Below are positions 62,901 through 64,000 of a DNA stretch of 64,000 nt, in pieces (positions within the stretch are counted from its first letter, which is position 1; every line of letters begins with the position of its first letter). Source of the DNA: a virus. Made by a program: the position numbers and the translations under genes. The stretch covers positions 143,261-207,260 of IMG/VR virus record IMGVR_UViG_3300046692_000091, one strand, 5' to 3'. Below the pieces are notes generated by a model. The model was not told where the DNA came from and did no database searches. It saw only the letters and a list, made by a program, of their open reading frames with translations.

Positions 62901-63082
62901 AACGTACACCTTTTGTTCAAGATCTCAGGAGTCATTTGTTGATTTTTCAACTGTTGCTCCAGCCTCTGGTCCAGTTCAGACATATATTTCTTTTGATACT
63001 CTTGAAACTCTACCTGTGTCATACCCATAGCCGATGCAATCCGATCTGCCATTCGTTCAATTAATCCCGGTGTCATTGCCAT
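62897..63082 (-). CDS. small helical protein (61 aa), member 1
   Basis: MAMTPGLIERMADRIAS...TPEILNKRCTL; same KRCTL end as member 2. Confidence 0.5.
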   Translation of the reverse strand: MAMTPGLIERMADRIASAMGMTQVEFQEYQKKYMSELDQRLEQQLKNQQMTPEILNKRCTL

Positions 63083-63345
63083 TAATCCACCTGTATCTGT
63101 ACATAGACTCTTGTCACACCATGCACGAAGTCATAGTTGCTTACGTACTGTGCTTCATTCAAAGGCTTAGCACTGATCCATACTTGGATGATATCCTGTC
63201 CACACTTACGTAGGATCTTAGATACACGGTTCTGGATACGTCTACGACCTACTGCAGATATCTTAGGGAACTCACGCTTTAACATGAGTACCATGCGTTC
63301 ATGGCATTCTTTGCCACGCTGTACTTCTGATGGGGTTCTATGCAT
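63082..63345 (-). CDS. small basic protein (87 aa), possible HTH
   Basis: FPKISAVGRRRIQNRVSKILRKCG resembles a sigma region-4-type HTH; TAATG overlap upstream. Confidence 0.4.
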   Translation of the reverse strand: MHRTPSEVQRGKECHERMVLMLKREFPKISAVGRRRIQNRVSKILRKCGQDIIQVWISAKPLNEAQYVSNYDFVHGVTRVYVQIQVD

Positions 63346-63629
63346 TAGTGCATCACCATTGAACCTTCGAGATGGCAAGCGCAACGACACAGTTGTGTTT
63401 CTGTATCGCCATCAACCACAATCAACAGACTAGGATAGAATTGACGTTTAGCAAAAACTAGCTTACCCCATTCTGATTCTGTATCATCTCGTTCAATAGC
63501 TACAGCCGTTTCACTAAAGTTCTTTTTTAGGAAAGCTTCACTCAGTGTGTGATCTTTATTGAGGTATTGACGTTCACTTCTTGCGCAACAAGGTACCATT
63601 GGATATTCCTCTTTTGGATTAGACAGCAT
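63345..63629 (-). CDS. Cys-rich hypothetical protein (94 aa)
   Basis: MVPCCARSE ... QLCRCACH; start is the ATG inside a hairpin-CTTTATG element. Confidence 0.4.
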   Translation of the reverse strand: MLSNPKEEYPMVPCCARSERQYLNKDHTLSEAFLKKNFSETAVAIERDDTESEWGKLVFAKRQFYPSLLIVVDGDTETQLCRCACHLEGSMVMH

Positions 63630-63650
63630 AAAGGAGATCCGAAGATCTCC
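63625..63650 (-). terminator. hairpin + CTTTATGCTG (minus strand)
   Basis: RC ggagatcttcggatctcctttatgctg; the ATG doubles as start of 63345-63629. Confidence 0.45.
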
Positions 63651-63660
63651 TTTATTGAAT

Positions 63661-63735
63661 TGGCTCCGAGACTAGGATTCGAACCTAGGACCAACGCATT
63701 AACAGTGCGCGGCTCTACCAACTGAGCTATCTCGA
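63661..63735 (-). tRNA. tRNA-Asn (anticodon GTT)
   Basis: RC = TTCGAGATAGCTCAGTTGGTAGAGCCGCGCACTGTTAATGCGTTGGTCCTAGGTTCGAATCCTAGTCTCGGAGCCA. Confidence 0.85.
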
Positions 63736-63736
63736 A

Positions 63737-63814
63737 ATGGCTCCATGACCTGGACTCGAACCAGGGACACCTTGATTAACAGTCAAGTGCTACTACCAAC
63801 TGAGCTATCATGGA
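63737..63814 (-). tRNA. tRNA-Asn (anticodon GTT), second copy
   Basis: RC = TCCATGATAGCTCAGTTGGTAGTAGCACTTGACTGTTAATCAAGGTGTCCCTGGTTCGAGTCCAGGTCATGGAGCCA. Confidence 0.8.
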
Positions 63815-64000
63815 ATGTACTGGGATGCCGGGCTTTACCGGATGATCGTTTTATCTAGACTCCCTCTCATGTCTAGCGATGCTTGTATCCCCAAGGATAG
63901 CCTAGGCTTGCAGCGAGCTAACGGTTACCCGTTTGGTGCAAGAGCTGATCTAGTCTACCGATGGAAATTCTTTATCTATCAGCGGGTCTTGAAGCCGCAC

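Overview
The window is a densely packed segment of a large virulent dsDNA phage genome, likely jumbo-phage scale with a Gram-negative host. About 45% GC; no rRNA, CRISPR array, integrase or transposase is visible. Positions 1-52100 are a unidirectional plus-strand block of ~110 mostly small hypothetical genes. Many adjacent genes overlap as ATGA or TAATG start/stop junctions. The block contains recognisable metabolic or host-interaction genes: an SspB-like ClpXP adaptor, a membrane-anchored Bcs1-like AAA+ ATPase, an adjacent Prs-like/NAMPT-like pair, an expanded ThyA, an RNA ligase with an N-terminal tRNA-binding OB domain, an SPFH lipoprotein, an Ig-like Big_2 protein, and many small membrane, lipoprotein or secreted proteins. 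Positions 52116-64000 are transcribed from the minus strand. They hold an RtcB RNA-ligase operon, a radical-SAM enzyme, at least 7 tRNAs plus one atypical tRNA-like element, two paralogous LamG-like genes, an alginate-lyase-like gene, a tandem array of five tiny paralogous genes, and two long noncoding stretches. Transcription signals are read directly from the sequence: a plus-strand promoter-like motif CTATATTAC (7 copies), a bipartite minus-strand motif AATACTGG-N11-TATAC (5 copies), one perfect sigma70 consensus promoter, and a family of UUCG-type hairpins followed by CTTTATG. Protein-level oddities include a strong excess of proteins ending in Ala-Ala next to the SspB homolog, and a family of small proteins ending in the tetrapeptide [IV]-N-S.
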